DNA from: Rhizophagus irregularis
Taxonomy: Eukaryota
Direction: 5' to 3'
DNA length: 64,000 bases
NCBI RefSeq assembly: GCF_026210795.1
Contig: NC_089431.1
Location: 2,666,001-2,730,000, forward strand
A program made the translations under genes and the position numbers. Below, one piece after another: positions 17,101 to 31,050 of the stretch. The notes beneath the pieces are model-generated. The model was given only the letters and a program-made list of their open reading frames with translations, was not told the DNA's origin and did not search any database. How positions within the stretch are numbered: position 1 is the stretch's first letter; each line of letters opens with the position of its first letter.

Positions 17101-18686
17101 CCTGGTATAATTTATACATTAATTGACATACTTAATATACTTTAATACCTCCAGATTTAATTGTCAAAATAATCCGGAAGCGTTGTCAAATTTCGAAAAT
17201 ATGTTGTTTGGCCCATTCCGGATGATTTTACAAAAAGATGTAGTTGGTGAGTACTAAATATAATTATGTGAACTTTATTTTAGATACAATAATGATGATT
17301 ATTCTCTTCCTCTTCCTTTTTTTCTGTAGAATTCGTTCCATATGTTTTTCAGATTTTTTCGCAACTTCTCGAATTGCACACAGAACCTGTGTTTCCAGAA
17401 ATTTATAGGTCTATGTTGCCAGCTTTATTGACTCCTGCTATTTGGGAGAATGCCGGTAAGAAATTTAAAATCCTCAATTTCAAAATTTATTTCTTATATA
17501 TTAAATATAAAATATATAATGTATATCAGGTAATATACCCGCTTTGACTAGATTGCTTCATGCGTATATTTGCCGCGATGCAAGTTCTATAGTCATCAAT
17601 AATCATCTTGAACCTATCCTCGGCATTTTTCAAAAGCTGATAGCCTCGAAAGCGAATGATAAATATGGCATTGATTTATTATGTTCTATTGTTCAGTATA
17701 TACCTACGTAAGTTTTATTTATACTTAACCTTTTTTTTTCCTTTTTTCTCCTTATTAATAAATAATTTTTATACCAGGGAAACATTGAATAAATATTTGG
17801 CAGCGATTATTTCACTCTTGTTAACAAGAATGAAGAGTAGTAAAACGGATAAATACACGTTAAGCTTTGTGTATTTTGTATGCTTTTTCCTCGCAATAGA
17901 AAAGGAGGGTGTTAATCCAGACTATGTTATCCAGGCTTTTGATTCTATGCAACCAAAGTAATGAATCCTTTTTGTCTTCATTATGTTTTATGATATTATT
18001 TACGGATTTTAATAATTATAATTACTTCTCCAGATTATTTATTGAGGTCCTAAATGCATTTATTATTCCTGAAATGCAAAAAATTCAAGACTATACTGAA
18101 AAGAAGATCTGTGCAGTAGCTATGACGCGACTTTTAACTCAAAGTGAAAAAATATTAACTGATGATTATATCACAGTATGGTAATGATTTAACATTTTCT
18201 TTATAATTGTTCAAAAAATATATATATAATTTTCTTTTTTTCTCTATAAATATATATATATATATATATAGGCCCTCTATTTTAGCCGCATTGATTAAAT
18301 TATTTGAAGCTCCAACTGAAATCAAAAAAAGTGAAGAAGAAGAATTGATAAGTTACGACTTTGAAGAAGAGAGACAATTTCAAAGTGCTTTTGCCAGGTT
18401 AACGTCCACGGGAAAATTAAAACGTGATCCAACTGAAAGAATCGAAGATCCCAAAATTTTCCTGGCCCATTCACTTCAGACATTGAGTCAGAGATATCCT
18501 GGGAAGGTAATAGCATTTTTATGACTTTTATTTTTTTTTTAAAAAAAGAAAATATATATACATATTTATATTATATTATTTGATTTGAAATAGATTAACG
18601 ATATGATATCAACGAAACTTCCACCAGAATGTACTCATCATTTAGTTCAGTACATGAGTTTAGCCAATCCTTCGGGTTGTGTCTAA
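14196..18686 (+). CDS. CSE1: Exportin-2 / importin-alpha re-exporter Cse1, many exons
   Basis: FKNYIRRNW (IBN_N domain), LFYDLNWQDLPPFFED, ELFEYDPIEFIRRDLEGSDSDTRR, AENDYLMK and KNPSNPRFNH motifs. Confidence 0.95.
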
Positions 18687-19164
18687 TAGCAAATGGAAAA
18701 ATAAATGTCATATTAGCAAAAAAAAAATCTAATCGTTCCTTCCATATAGGAGAATACTCATTGAAACTAAATGTTTAAAGTTAAATCTAAATATTTAACA
18801 TAAATACAAATAACTAGAAAATGTATTCAAAGACGGTATATGCAGACTTCTATTTCATTGATCGCTATTTCATTGACTGCTAATTGCTAATGTATTTTAT
18901 ATATATATCTGATATATATATATCTCCGATATATATATACGTATATTATATATATATAAATTACATAAATAATAAATAAAATTGTACTTTGAAACATTTT
19001 TTATTATGTACAGTATATAATATTCGAATGCTAATAATCTAATATAATGGTAAAAATATAATTCTCACAATCACAAGGAAAATAAATTTTATTAATTTTT
19101 ATTTATATTACGTGATAAACAAACTACATCAATAAGGATACATTTTTTTAAACCTAAAATAAAT

Positions 19165-19216
19165 AATAATTATAATTATAATTATAATAATAATATATAA
19201 TAATAATAATAATAAT
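19165..19216. repeat. (AAT)n microsatellite
   Basis: Imperfect AAT run seen directly. Confidence 0.7.
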
Positions 19217-19835
19217 GTCGAATTATAAAAAAAACCGGTATTATTGTAAAAGAAAGCTGTGGGTTTATCTTTTCATCATCTATTAAGATCAATCAAAGTT
19301 TCACGATTAACTTTTTAATTTTGTAGCTATCAATCAAAAATCAGGTTTTTAACAAATTAAAGAGAAAAAGAGATATAATGAATTGAACACAACATTTACA
19401 TACATTTAACTGATAGGAAAAAAGGTCGTGCAAATAACTGCAAACGCAAGACACTGAATAAAACTTTGAAGTTTTTTTATACATTGAATGAGTCATTAAA
19501 GTAAAAATTGAATTGTTTAATTATGAATAAATTATGTACAACATTTTTTTTTATTAAAACTGCTGTCGGATTGATTTTTCAAGTTGTACGATGCAAATAC
19601 TTTATGGTGAACAAACCCTAATGAACGTTTCTCAAACCCGCCCACTTTGAGTAATTCCTAGAAGGGATGATTACATTAAAGGGCTTGTTAGATGAACCCT
19701 TAATTTCTTGTAAACATCTAAACTAAAACAAAAACCAATAAGTTTCCTTTTCTCCAGATTTTTTTTTTTTTTTTTTTGCAAACCTGAATATAATCAAGCT
19801 TTAATTGTCATTCTTTTCTTTTTTTTTTTAAACCA

Positions 19836-19880
19836 TAAATAAATAAATAAATAAGTAAATAAATAAATAAATAAATAAAT
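19836..19880. repeat. (AAAT)n microsatellite
   Basis: About 11 AAAT units seen directly. Confidence 0.8.
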
Positions 19881-22062
19881 GGATATATAAAATAATAGTT
19901 TTTTAAGGGATAACGATAAAATTATGCAATGATATTTTTTTTTAAAAAAAAAACGAAAAGGGTCTTACGATAAAAATGTAAGACAAGGAATGAAATCCGG
20001 GGTAAACAAAAAGAATTTTGATCTACAATAAATTTTTTAATAAGCAAATATTTTCAAACACACATTGTGAACTTTTTTTTTCGATTACTCCTGATAATGA
20101 TAATTGATTGAAACCATATAAAAAAAAGTTTTTCTATTAAAAAAAGATAACGAGTTTTGATAAGATATTTAATATTCTAAATTAAGTATAGTACAATAAA
20201 TAAAAGCATATGATCTCATTACATGACCTTTTTTGTGGGGGTATAAAACAAAAAAAAAATAATCATATGGTAAAGCGGATAAACTGTTCAGGAAAAGTCA
20301 AAATGAAGTCCAGGTGGGGAAATTCTTGTCATATCTTGATTTGTAAATTTCACTGCCAAGGTAAATTGTTTTTTAAGAATTAAACAAGTGTAATATCAGG
20401 TAACGGAATAATTACCTGATTGACATTCATAGCAGCTGACTGAATATCTAAAAATAAAGAAAATGAAACAAATAAATTCAATTATTAAAATGAAATCTCG
20501 GAGAAATTTTTCATTCTTTGCAAATCTTAAATGAACCTTTTATTAATAAAAAAAAAAAAGGAGAAAAAGAAAGAAAATAAATAAATTTAATGAATTTCAA
20601 TTACTATTTTTATTTTATAATTAAAATGACTGATGATGTCAAGTAATAAAAAAATATAAAAAACTACTTATACAATCTGAAACGGGGAGATCAAAACTCT
20701 AGTTAACTGTAACCGATTGAGAACGTAATCTGATTATTCAAAAAGTTTGTAGATCTTTGGATCCTTGTGTAAACAATTTTTTTTTTTTTTTTTGCACTCA
20801 CCGAGATGATTACTTATCTAATATATTTCATACTACATGACACAACGCTTTTAGTTTTATTATTTTCCAAATTTTTTTCACTCTCTATATGATGAATAAT
20901 TGATTGAGAAAAAAGAAAAGAAAAGAATACAAGTATTTTAGTTCATTTTGTCGTTTTTGTTAGATTCTTGTGTGTCGGTTCACTTTTTTAACGAACGCCT
21001 TAAACACTGCCCCGTTACTAAATTATATGTTGTGCAATTTTGATTTACCCGCTTGTCAATAAAAAAAAACTATAAAACCGGTTTAAACCTGATTTCACTG
21101 ATAACGATGACGGTACTTTTATTGATTTATTATATCGTTTGGGGTTAGAATTATTAATAAACGGTACAGTATCTGTATATTATCTGTATAAATCTGTACG
21201 GTATCGTCTATATAGAATTTCTAATTATTACAAATTATTAAGATTAGTCAAAAATGGGTTTGTATCTTTTGTATCACAATTTCACCGACTTGGAATCCCT
21301 TGAACCGTAGTAGTCCCCCCCCCCTTAATCTTATTCCTTTTTTAATAAAGTTCCTTTTTTTTACTTTTTCATTTCTTTGACAAAAATAAAAAACAATTTA
21401 TTTTTATTTTTTTCATTTTGTAAAAAAGTAAAAAAAAATTTTTTCAACGTTTAAAACTTCTATTCATTTTTTTTTTTGACATGAAATGTCAAAAATTAAT
21501 GAGATACCGTTTGACGAAAAAAATTGATCACCAAGAAATTTATAAAAAAAGAGGGATTTAAAATTCATGTGGTTTTACCTTAAATGCGGCGACTCATGTT
21601 AATTTATTAATCTGCTTGCATTCGTGAAACTTGTCTTATTCCGCTTTTGTGTGTCATATGAAGTAAATATTGCCGTTTTAGAAGGTATGACGTACATGAA
21701 TTCTTTCTATTTTTGGATCATCACCTCAGATCGTGTGACTACCTGCCCAAAATAAAGGGAGGCTACGGGTCCTTCATCTGCATCACTTAAAGCTGTCGAG
21801 TTTTTATTGGTGAATTCAAACATCCCCAAATTTAAACATCATATTATCCCCCAAAAACTTGTTTAAACCCCCTAAATTCTATTATAAACCGTGCCACTTC
21901 TCGAGTTTTTTCCCCCCCTTTAAAAAGAAATTAAAAAACCGGGTGGACAATAACGCACTGCACAGTAAAACAAATCCACATTTTTATACCGCTTGAAAGT
22001 ACAGTAAACAGATAGACAGAAAAACTTCGAAACTCTTTTATTTCTTTTAGCCGAATCAACAA

Positions 22063-23473
22063 ATGGCTTATAACAGTCAAGATACTTCTAACTCGTACTC
22101 GCAATACAATAATATCAGTATGCCTATTCAACCTCAACAAGGTCAACCGAAAGAAAAAATACAACAGGTTGGTATTTTTAAAGATGAGCGATAAAATTTA
22201 AAAGTTTTAAGAACGAATAAGCAAAAATTATATTTTAAAAATTTATTTCGAATATATTCAAACGTAAAGTCGCGAAAAAAAAATTTCTAAAAAAATTTAT
22301 ATTTTTTTTTAAATTTACGTGTCAAATATACATATATAATATGTTTTTGTTTCTCTAACTTAGTTAAAACGTGTTCGTTTGAAACCATGATAAATATAGA
22401 ATTTTTAATCTATTTATAGCAAATCATTTCGGTTTAATAATGATCAATATTTTTTTTTTTTTCCTTATCTACTACTAGTCATCCTTGGAATTAGAGAAGA
22501 GACAGAAAAAAATCGCACAAAATGCACATAAACGAAAGCCATTAACAATTGAATCAGAGCGTGATAAACAAAAAGCAGAACTAGAAAAGTCAGGAGTAAG
22601 TATTATAATATTATTATCTTTGATTCAAATATCATATTCATTAAATAAATGAAGTTTATATTAATTAATATATTGATTTATTATATATTAGAATGAATTG
22701 AAAAGTCTTTTAGCACAATTCGGAACAAAAGCAAAAGTCGCTGATGATATAGAAAGTGATGCTAAAAGATTACGTAGCAACATTGAAGCATTAATGGCAA
22801 AAGCGCAAGCCAAAGTCAACAAGGTTTGTCACTTATATTTAATTTATTTAATTATAACGATTTTATCCTTTATGAAAATTTTAAATGATCTAACAAATAT
22901 TAAATTTATTACTATAATATAACTAGCCTATACAAGTAACACCACCACCACCACAACTATCACAGGTACCGCAGCAACCACAACCACAACCACAATCACA
23001 ATCACCGGCGATGGAACAACAAGAAGGATTATTTACTTCAATATGGAATAGCCTTTTACATATAATCTTATTTCCTTTTAATCTTATAATAAACTTATTA
23101 CAATTATTATACAATTCAATTAATTGGACGGTATTATTATCCTGTATATTATTAATAGAATTAATAATAATTGGTTTAATTTGGTCGTAAGTTTCATCAT
23201 CAATTTATTTCTTTTGAAAAGTTTTGTCTTTTTCTTTTCATATATTAACAAAAATCATTCTTTCATTTAATTACCTGTAGTGTCAGACGAAGTCAATATA
23301 CATATGCGTACGTTGAACCGTACGAGGCAGTTGTACATGGAACTTTTGGAGTTGAACAAAACACATGGGGAATATCGACGGCTGTAAATTTAATACATGA
23401 TTTTATAGCAGAAGTGATGAATGGAGGTCGCGGGTTCGGCAGTCCAAGTTATGACGGTTTCGTGCCAATATAG
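22063..23473 (+). CDS. Coiled-coil protein with C-terminal hydrophobic segment; candidate KASH-type nuclear envelope protein, 5 exons
   Basis: Exons ~22063-22167, 22479-22596, 22691-22823, 22927-23186 and 23281-23473 splice in frame: MAYNSQ..coiled coil..PQ-rich..WTVLLSCILLIELIIIGLIW..YAYVEPY..GFVPI*. Confidence 0.7.
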
Positions 23474-25453
23474 TGTTAAATAATAAATACTTAATAATAT
23501 ATATAAAAATAATGAATGGGGTTGACCTCCTTCATCATATACATATTAATATACAAGTATATACATACACATTATAATGGGACAATCCTTGTTAATTTTA
23601 ATATATTTTTTAGAAAATAATTAATTTTTTCCTCCTACCACCCCTTCCCCCCTTTCACTTGTACATATTGCTCTTTTTTGGTTCACTTGTTTAAAAATTT
23701 TTTTTTCCTTATTTGTATTTTTTTTGTTTAGACTGTTTTATTATAATTTTTCTTTACCCTTAATTTTCCTTGCACTTGCACAAATAGTTTATAACGTACA
23801 TATAATGCATTATACATTTCACAAAATTACCTTAATTTTCATACTCCCTTCCCTAGAAAAATAATTTCATTCCCAACAAAAAAAAAAGAAAAAAAAAACT
23901 TTGATTAGTTTTTTTTTTTCACGTATCTGCTCTTCAATAAATTTCAAAAGTGTAAAAGTGTTCTATGAATTTTACACCTCAAGAAAAAAAAAAAATTTCT
24001 TGTATATATATATAGAAATTTACCTTTCGAATCTTTTGAATTCTTATTATTTTTATGTTCTCAATACTAATTTTTAATTTTCCAGTTTTCCAACTTATAT
24101 GTGGCGCAGTAAACTCGCGTGGTGAGTGTTTGTTTTTAAAAGGAAAAAAAAATACTTTTTTTTTTTTGATTTTATCATCATTATTATTTATACGTGTAAA
24201 AATGGTTTGTATATTATTAGTAATAGCTCAAATTCGCGTATAAATCGCACACTTCACACGCTTTTGGGGGATTTGGTTTAAAAAACCGGGAATTATGAAA
24301 AAACACATACATTATATGTATTGTCCACAACAACGCGAAAAAAATTTACTTCTCCCTAAATTTCTAGCCCATACCCAGAAGTTCATGGTATTTGGGATTA
24401 TATTAGGGAGTAAATTATAAAGACATAGTTCCAGTACACCTTCAATATTTAAATGTTAATTTGAGGGTCACTCTTATTCGTACATTTCTTCTGTGCTTCT
24501 GAGGATTTATTATTAAAGGTAAGAAAGATACTTTTTAAAATGTAAATTTCAAATGAATATAATTTAGATGTATAATATTTGTAATATTTGTAAAAAAAAA
24601 AGCAATGAATAAAAAACTTTTTAAACAGAAAAAAATATTTAAAATTTCACGAAATATTTTCTTAAATGACCGTTATAATGACAAAAAAAAAAACCCGATA
24701 AATACGCGCTTTTAATTAAATTTAACAAAAAAAGAATTTTAATTAACCGAAATAAATTATTTGTTTATATAAAAAAAATTTGGCGAAGTTTTTTTAATTA
24801 GAAAAAAAAAAGATCGGTGCCGTGTAATCCTCGTGTTAAAGTGCATTGTTTGTTTTTTTTAACTACTGAAATCTAGTCAGTTTTTATTGTTTTTTTTTAC
24901 ATTTTATAAATGGGCGGTATCAAAAGTGGTGACGTTTTTACCGATTTATCACTGATAATTATGACAGATAATTTGTTACAGATAGTCATCGGATAGATCT
25001 ATGAAACAAAAAATAGTCCGATTTGGTAATATGTAATTTATTTTCCACGTGTTCTTATTATTAACAAAAAAACAAACGGTAACGGTGTGATTTCCCACGG
25101 AGGCTATAATCGATATTACGGAAATTAAATGTTAAAATATCAGTCGACCGTTTCAAGTGATAATTATGAATTGTCTGATGATATGCAGATAACATTTTTG
25201 AAATCCTCCGAAATTCCGACTTTATCAGAATTAACTCTTTACAAGTTATAACAGGTTAAAATGGAATAAAACATAAATATCAATTTGGTAAAGAAAACGT
25301 TTATGGAAATAATTATTAGATTATTAGTTACATGTTGGACAAAATAATTAATTTCGTAATTTTGAATAACAAATTTATTAAAAAAAAAAATTTTTTTTTT
25401 TTTTTTTTATATACAGATATATAAATTACATATACATTAAAATTAATAATAAT

Positions 25454-26710
25454 CTATTTTAATAGTTCATCTAAAACTTTTGGATTTGTTTGAAGATTAT
25501 GCCTTATTTTTACCATATCAATTAGAAATTTATTGATAGGAGTAGGAATATCGTAAAATTTTCCTAATTTCACAATATAACCATTTAAATAATCAATATC
25601 AGTCAGAAAATTTTTTTTAACATCTTGTAACATAACAGATTCATAATGGCGAGTTTTAATACAAATTTGAAATACAGCATCGATTAATCTTTCAGGTGCA
25701 AATCTATTTGATGGTTTCATCCCAAGGTATTCTCTATGTTTTCTTATAACAATTGAAGTTTCTTCACAAATTGGTCTCATAGTTTGTTCGGCTACTTTAT
25801 TAAATAATAACGCACCATTACGTATGGAATAAATTGATGTAAGTGGATCAATTACAGCATTCAATGCAAGATTTTCAAGTTTACGATTAATTAAATTCAC
25901 GTATTTAACACATCTTGCATTAAGCTCTGGAATTCTTGAAAACGATCTTATTACTGATTTTAAAGTATCTACTTCTATCTCTGATCCTTTATTATCATCA
26001 TCATCTGCTTCCGTTGCTGCTGTAATTGTTTTCGATTCTTCAGTTTTATTATCCATTTTCTCATTTGGTAATGATATTTCGTCCAAATCTTCATTATTAT
26101 CTTCCAAAGACTGTGAATTAATATTTAATTCTTTTTCTTTAATTTCGTCAAAACGTCTAGGAACAATCCCAAGATCAATTTCACCAAAACCCGAATGTAT
26201 CAATTTAAATTGGGAACCAAATTTGGCTTTTTTATAAGCATGATGAGAATTTAAAGCAATTATAATATTTGGTCTACTAGCTTCATCAAAAGAATAATAA
26301 TCTCTCATTAATTCTTCATAACTTCCCAGTCCATAAGTGAATAATACAATTGTACTCGTTGGCGATAATCGATGAAAAATTCTTTGATAATATTTACTAA
26401 ATTCATGAGATTTAAGTGTAACTATAAGTTTGCTTATACGTAAATGTGGTGGGCATAGTTCGTTTGGATATTGAGGATCAATTACATTTCCATAATCACC
26501 CTGTAAACATTCTGCTTGATATCCTTTTGTTACTTCAACTTCTGGTTCAAATTCTTTTGTAACTTCGATCGTACGATTAAGTTTATTGAACATATTAAGT
26601 GTTGTTGGATCTCTTATTAACAAAGTAACTTTGTTTCCATTCTTTCTAAGAAAATGTGCGAAAAGAGAACCATAATTTCCGACTCCAAGTACATGCCAAC
26701 GTGCCACCAT
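25454..26710 (-). CDS. Ketopantoate reductase (PanE/ApbA) fold protein, intronless, possibly catalytically altered
   Basis: 418-aa ORF with Rossmann HVLGVGNYG, LIVTLKS, NAVIDPLT and SVMLQDV..TDIDYLNGYIV motifs. Confidence 0.85.
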   Translation of the reverse strand: MVARWHVLGVGNYGSLFAHFLRKNGNKVTLLIRDPTTLNMFNKLNRTIEVTKEFEPEVEVTKGYQAECLQGDYGNVIDPQYPNELCPPHLRISKLIVTLKSHEFSKYYQRIFHRLSPTSTIVLFTYGLGSYEELMRDYYSFDEASRPNIIIALNSHHAYKKAKFGSQFKLIHSGFGEIDLGIVPRRFDEIKEKELNINSQSLEDNNEDLDEISLPNEKMDNKTEESKTITAATEADDDDNKGSEIEVDTLKSVIRSFSRIPELNARCVKYVNLINRKLENLALNAVIDPLTSIYSIRNGALLFNKVAEQTMRPICEETSIVIRKHREYLGMKPSNRFAPERLIDAVFQICIKTRHYESVMLQDVKKNFLTDIDYLNGYIVKLGKFYDIPTPINKFLIDMVKIRHNLQTNPKVLDELLK

Positions 26711-26949
26711 TTCATTGAAATTACAGAAAGTTAAAAAAAAAAATTTTTTTTCTGATTTGATATCACATGAAATCGCGTGTTCACGTGTTGTTGATCACTC
26801 GTGATTGCTTATCAATGAAAATCCTATGATAAGATTTACACCTTTCTCTCATGTATTTATCTGCAACTAAGAAATTTATCTTGGCAGACACTTGCATCGT
26901 TGGCTAAAGCAATGAAAAATTACTGCTAAAACGTGGTACTCACCTTTAC

Positions 26950-27700
26950 AACATTTCTTGCATTTTTCCAGAGTTTCCCAAAATGAAATGCTGATAACAC
27001 CACCACCGCCGCCACCAAAATATTTAAAAATATACACCAAAATTACTTGCAGAACTGATTACTAAATGTTGGGATGCTAAAGCCCAACTGCTAAAGAATT
27101 ATATCAAAAACTTGAAAAATTATGCACAGCAAAAAGAAGACCTTGAACGACAGAAACAACTCCTCAGCTCTCAATTTCCAACCTACAAACTTGTTAGAAA
27201 CAGCTATTCCAGGGTGAAAGAAAATTCATGAGAGCTGTAATTGAACACTAAATGTTGCACTAATCATTTAACTGTTGAACATTCAGAATCTTATTTTTTT
27301 CAACAACTATTACTTAGAATACCTGTCCAAAGTGAAACTGATTTAAAGAAACATTATTTAACATATAAAGCTCAATTTGAAGCTGAATTTCCTGAAGAGT
27401 TTTCTTTAACTTTAAATTATATACATGACTTAACACAATGTACTGATATAATTGGATAAGCAATAGATGAAGCAGTAACTGAGATTATTAAATGAAATAC
27501 TAAATGTGTGCAAGATGAATCTATTGATTCTCTATCATTTGAACTTACAAAGATCTATGACAAACTATAGCTCAAAATTTTCATCTTCAATATGAGACCA
27601 TTTCTACATCACCTATCTGCATCACTCCGTCAATGATAAAACGAAAAAATAAGAAAGATTATTCAAAAGACAGTCAAAAAAATGCTTAGCCAGGCACATT
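26950..27700 (+). mobile_element. Degenerate Helitron-like (Rep/PIF1-associated) coding remnant
   Basis: ESYFFQQLLLRIPVQSETDLK..YLTYK resembles the segment upstream of Helitron helicases; frames are broken by stops. Confidence 0.35.
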
Positions 27701-28124
27701 AATGATTTTGCCAATATCTAATAGCCAAAGCAGAAGAATTAGGAGTTCATATCTGATATTATTATCCAAAACAAAGCCTATATAGGCTATACCTCTAAAA
27801 CTTAGCTGGTGTGTAAAAATTCAAAAAATTGGAAGGTCTGAAGTGTATAATTGCCAAAATTGTTTCTCTGAACATTACTTGTGAAGTCTTGATTCTCTTC
27901 AGAGATCATGCAGGAAATAGTAGTTTACTTAGCATTACATATTATTGATGTATTACAATCCATCCGCGCATCAAAATAAATTTTTAGAAGTGATTACCAA
28001 AGTAAATCATATTCCTTTTATCATCAAAATCATGTGTTCCAATAATCATATTCATTTCTTAAGAGTTCGCAGCCTTATACTAACTGCTGAAAATTCATTC
28101 ACTAATTGCAAATTTGAATAAACT

Positions 28125-28537
28125 AATTATGGCAATAATCAACAACTTTAAATAATACCTGACGATATATTGAGTTAATAGTGACACGTTTCATTTACTA
28201 AAGATAATTAACAAATTCTACCTTAACTCCTTAAAAGTTATAAATTCTTAATTTGATTTAATACGTTCAATTTTATTTCTTCTTTATTTTTCTGATTTTT
28301 TTACCGTATTTTTGCTGGCAAAATTATGGCAATAATCGCAACTTTAAATAATACCTGACGATATATTGGAGTGGAATAGTGACACGTTTCATTTACTAAA
28401 GATAATTTGAACAAATTCGCCTTAGCTTCCTTAAAAGTTATAAATTCTTAATTTGGATTTAATATGTTCAATTTTTATTTCTTCTTTTATTTTTCTGATT
28501 TTCTTTTACCGTATTTTTGCTGGCAAAATACGGTAAA
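28125..28537. repeat. Tandem duplication of ~200 bp ending in a hairpin
   Basis: AATTATGGCAATAATC...TTTGCTGGCAAAA occurs twice (28125 and 28322); it ends in TTTACCGTATTTT..AAAATACGGTAAA. Confidence 0.9.
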
Positions 28538-30747
28538 TAATTGAACTAATACGATTATTATTTTCTAGGAATGATTTAAATCATTTAATAATGAACAAAC
28601 AATCAGAAATTGAACTTGATAGCTTTATTCAAGATTTACTATAAGGAATATTAGTACATGATAATGTAATAAAATTAATTTAATAATGAAAACTAATAAT
28701 AAATTTCAGGCATATTTTAGTTTTGGGTTGGAATTCAAAAATCAAAGCATTTCTAAAACTGAGTTTTACGGAAGTTTTAATTTTATTACTCATATTTAGA
28801 CCATTAGAAATAGTTTCAAATTGAAATATGATTCTTTACATCATTTTTTTTTATACAGAAAGAAAAGAATCTTTGGATATATAACATTTAAATATTAATT
28901 TTTTCTTCTTCCAGTATTTTAAGAGAATACAAAAGCATAAGAAAACTGGAACAAATAATGGTTTACTGAATTTGAGCTAGATTTATTTTATCTATGAAAA
29001 CAAATGAAAATAAATTGATAAGCTATATTAATAATGATTCAAAATGTGCTTTAAAAGGTAGTTTAAAAGGAGACTTATAAGAAAATTTAAAAGATAGTTC
29101 AGAAAATAGTTCAAAAGATAACTTTAAAAAAGGATTAATAGAAGGTTTGAAAAATATTTTAAGAAAAAGAATATTTATATTCTGATTCAATAGCTAACAA
29201 AAAATTTATTGCAAAATTATTATTAAATAATAATATCAAAAAATCTAAAATTTTAAAATACAGCAAAAAAAAAACATTTATCATATATATATTTTTATTA
29301 TAATTGTTAAAATCCTTCATATATCCATATCCTTCATATTATTTGAAGAAAAAAGAAAAGTAGAATTTTTAATTTTTAAAGCTAAAAATTAGTTTATATA
29401 TTATATAAATTAAAGTAAATTCATTAAAAATAAATTTTACTATATATGAAATATTGGAAATTTTTAAAAAATTTAATATATCAAGATGAAATTTTAATAG
29501 AGTTTCTAATGGATCAGTTCAGGTTGAGTTAAATTAATTACTTAACCTGAAGTATCAGGTTCAGATTAAGTTTTAAGTTATATAAAAAAAAATTAAAAAT
29601 TCAGTTTTTTTTCAATTTTTTCAATAATTAGTAATCAGAAATTTATAAAATATAATTCATTAAATTTATTTCACCAAAACAAATCTAATGGTAATTAAAT
29701 CATTAAAATTAGTATGATATTAAAGAATTTAATAGAATTCCAGATATCTACAATACATATAACCTAATCTTAACAATTAAATTTGATGAAATTTAAATCA
29801 CTACTATTCATTAAAAAAAAAAGATAAACATAAAGTATAAACGTACAATGATAAATCAGATTGAGCTTAATAAAACTATATTTTTAAATTTCTCGTAAAG
29901 TATTTTTTAATAAAGTAATAGCAATTTAAAGTTGAAATATTTTACTATTAAATTAAATATTTGGCCATTTTATTCTGACCAAAATTACATGTAAATCTGA
30001 TTAAAATTACTTTCATTTAATTATTAACTATGTAAATCTGGCTAGAATTAAAATTATAACTTAAATTAAATAAATCTAATCAATAAAATTACAGGTTAAG
30101 TATTACATAATGTAAAAAATTTAGCCGCTTAAAAATTTTTTTTGTTAGAACTAGGTTGTATATATTGTAATATAAAACTTATACTGTGATACTAATAATT
30201 TGAGCAAATTGATCTCTTTTTAAAAATTAATATTAAACTTTACAAAATAAAAAAAAGGTAATCCAAATCTGAATACTAGATTTTGAAATAATTGCAAAAA
30301 ATTATTCATATTATCCAAATTATATATTTTGGGCTGCCATAATTATAAGTAAAATTCCAAATTCAATTATGGCATTTCAAATTATAATTATAGCATTTCA
30401 AAATAATTTGGGCAACATGTATACAAAAATGAAAAATAAAAAAAAAGCAAATTGGTAAAAAGTCAGTTATGAACTCTATACTAGATGTTTGAAATTCTGA
30501 TTTAATATATATTTTGCATTCATATAATTATACTTTAAAATTTTAATAATAAAATTAAATATGACAGTAATTAAAAATGTTTATTAGATTCATTTTAATG
30601 AAATGAATTTAATGGTAGTTATTTATTTTATTTTAAATAAATTAATATAACAAAATATTAAAGTTTCTTTCCAAAAGAAAAATATAGGGAACTCAAGACT
30701 ATTGTTAAATCAAAAAGAATAGCATTAACTATTGCAGCCCTTTTTTT

Positions 30748-31050
30748 AGAAATATTTGTTAATGAATTTTACAACATTATTTGGCAACCACGTTGTAAGG
30801 CAGTAGCATAATGGGAACATACTAAAGGCATAAAAAGCAAGACCTAAGAAAAAGGCCATCAGCACATCAACACATTGTATACAAACGGATTCCAACTTTA
30901 CGCATTTAGAAGAGGGTACATATGATTTGGAAAGAAGGAAAATTTTGAAACATAATGAACAGTGGTCAATAGCATTAGAAAAAACAAAACAATACATAAA
31001 TCAATTTATTAAAGAAGGAAATAGGGTTCTTTGGAAGGTATATAATAACA
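30748..31050 (+). mobile_element. 3' remnant of a LINE ORF2
   Basis: IFVNEFYNIIWQPRCKAVA*WEHTKGI parallels LLWKPRCEQVILWEKK-type C-terminus of the LINE at 56-63 kb. Confidence 0.55.

Noticed and set aside
22923..23114. Cys/Gly-rich metallothionein-like minus-strand ORF
   Set aside because: Antisense shadow of the P/Q-rich exon of the plus-strand gene.
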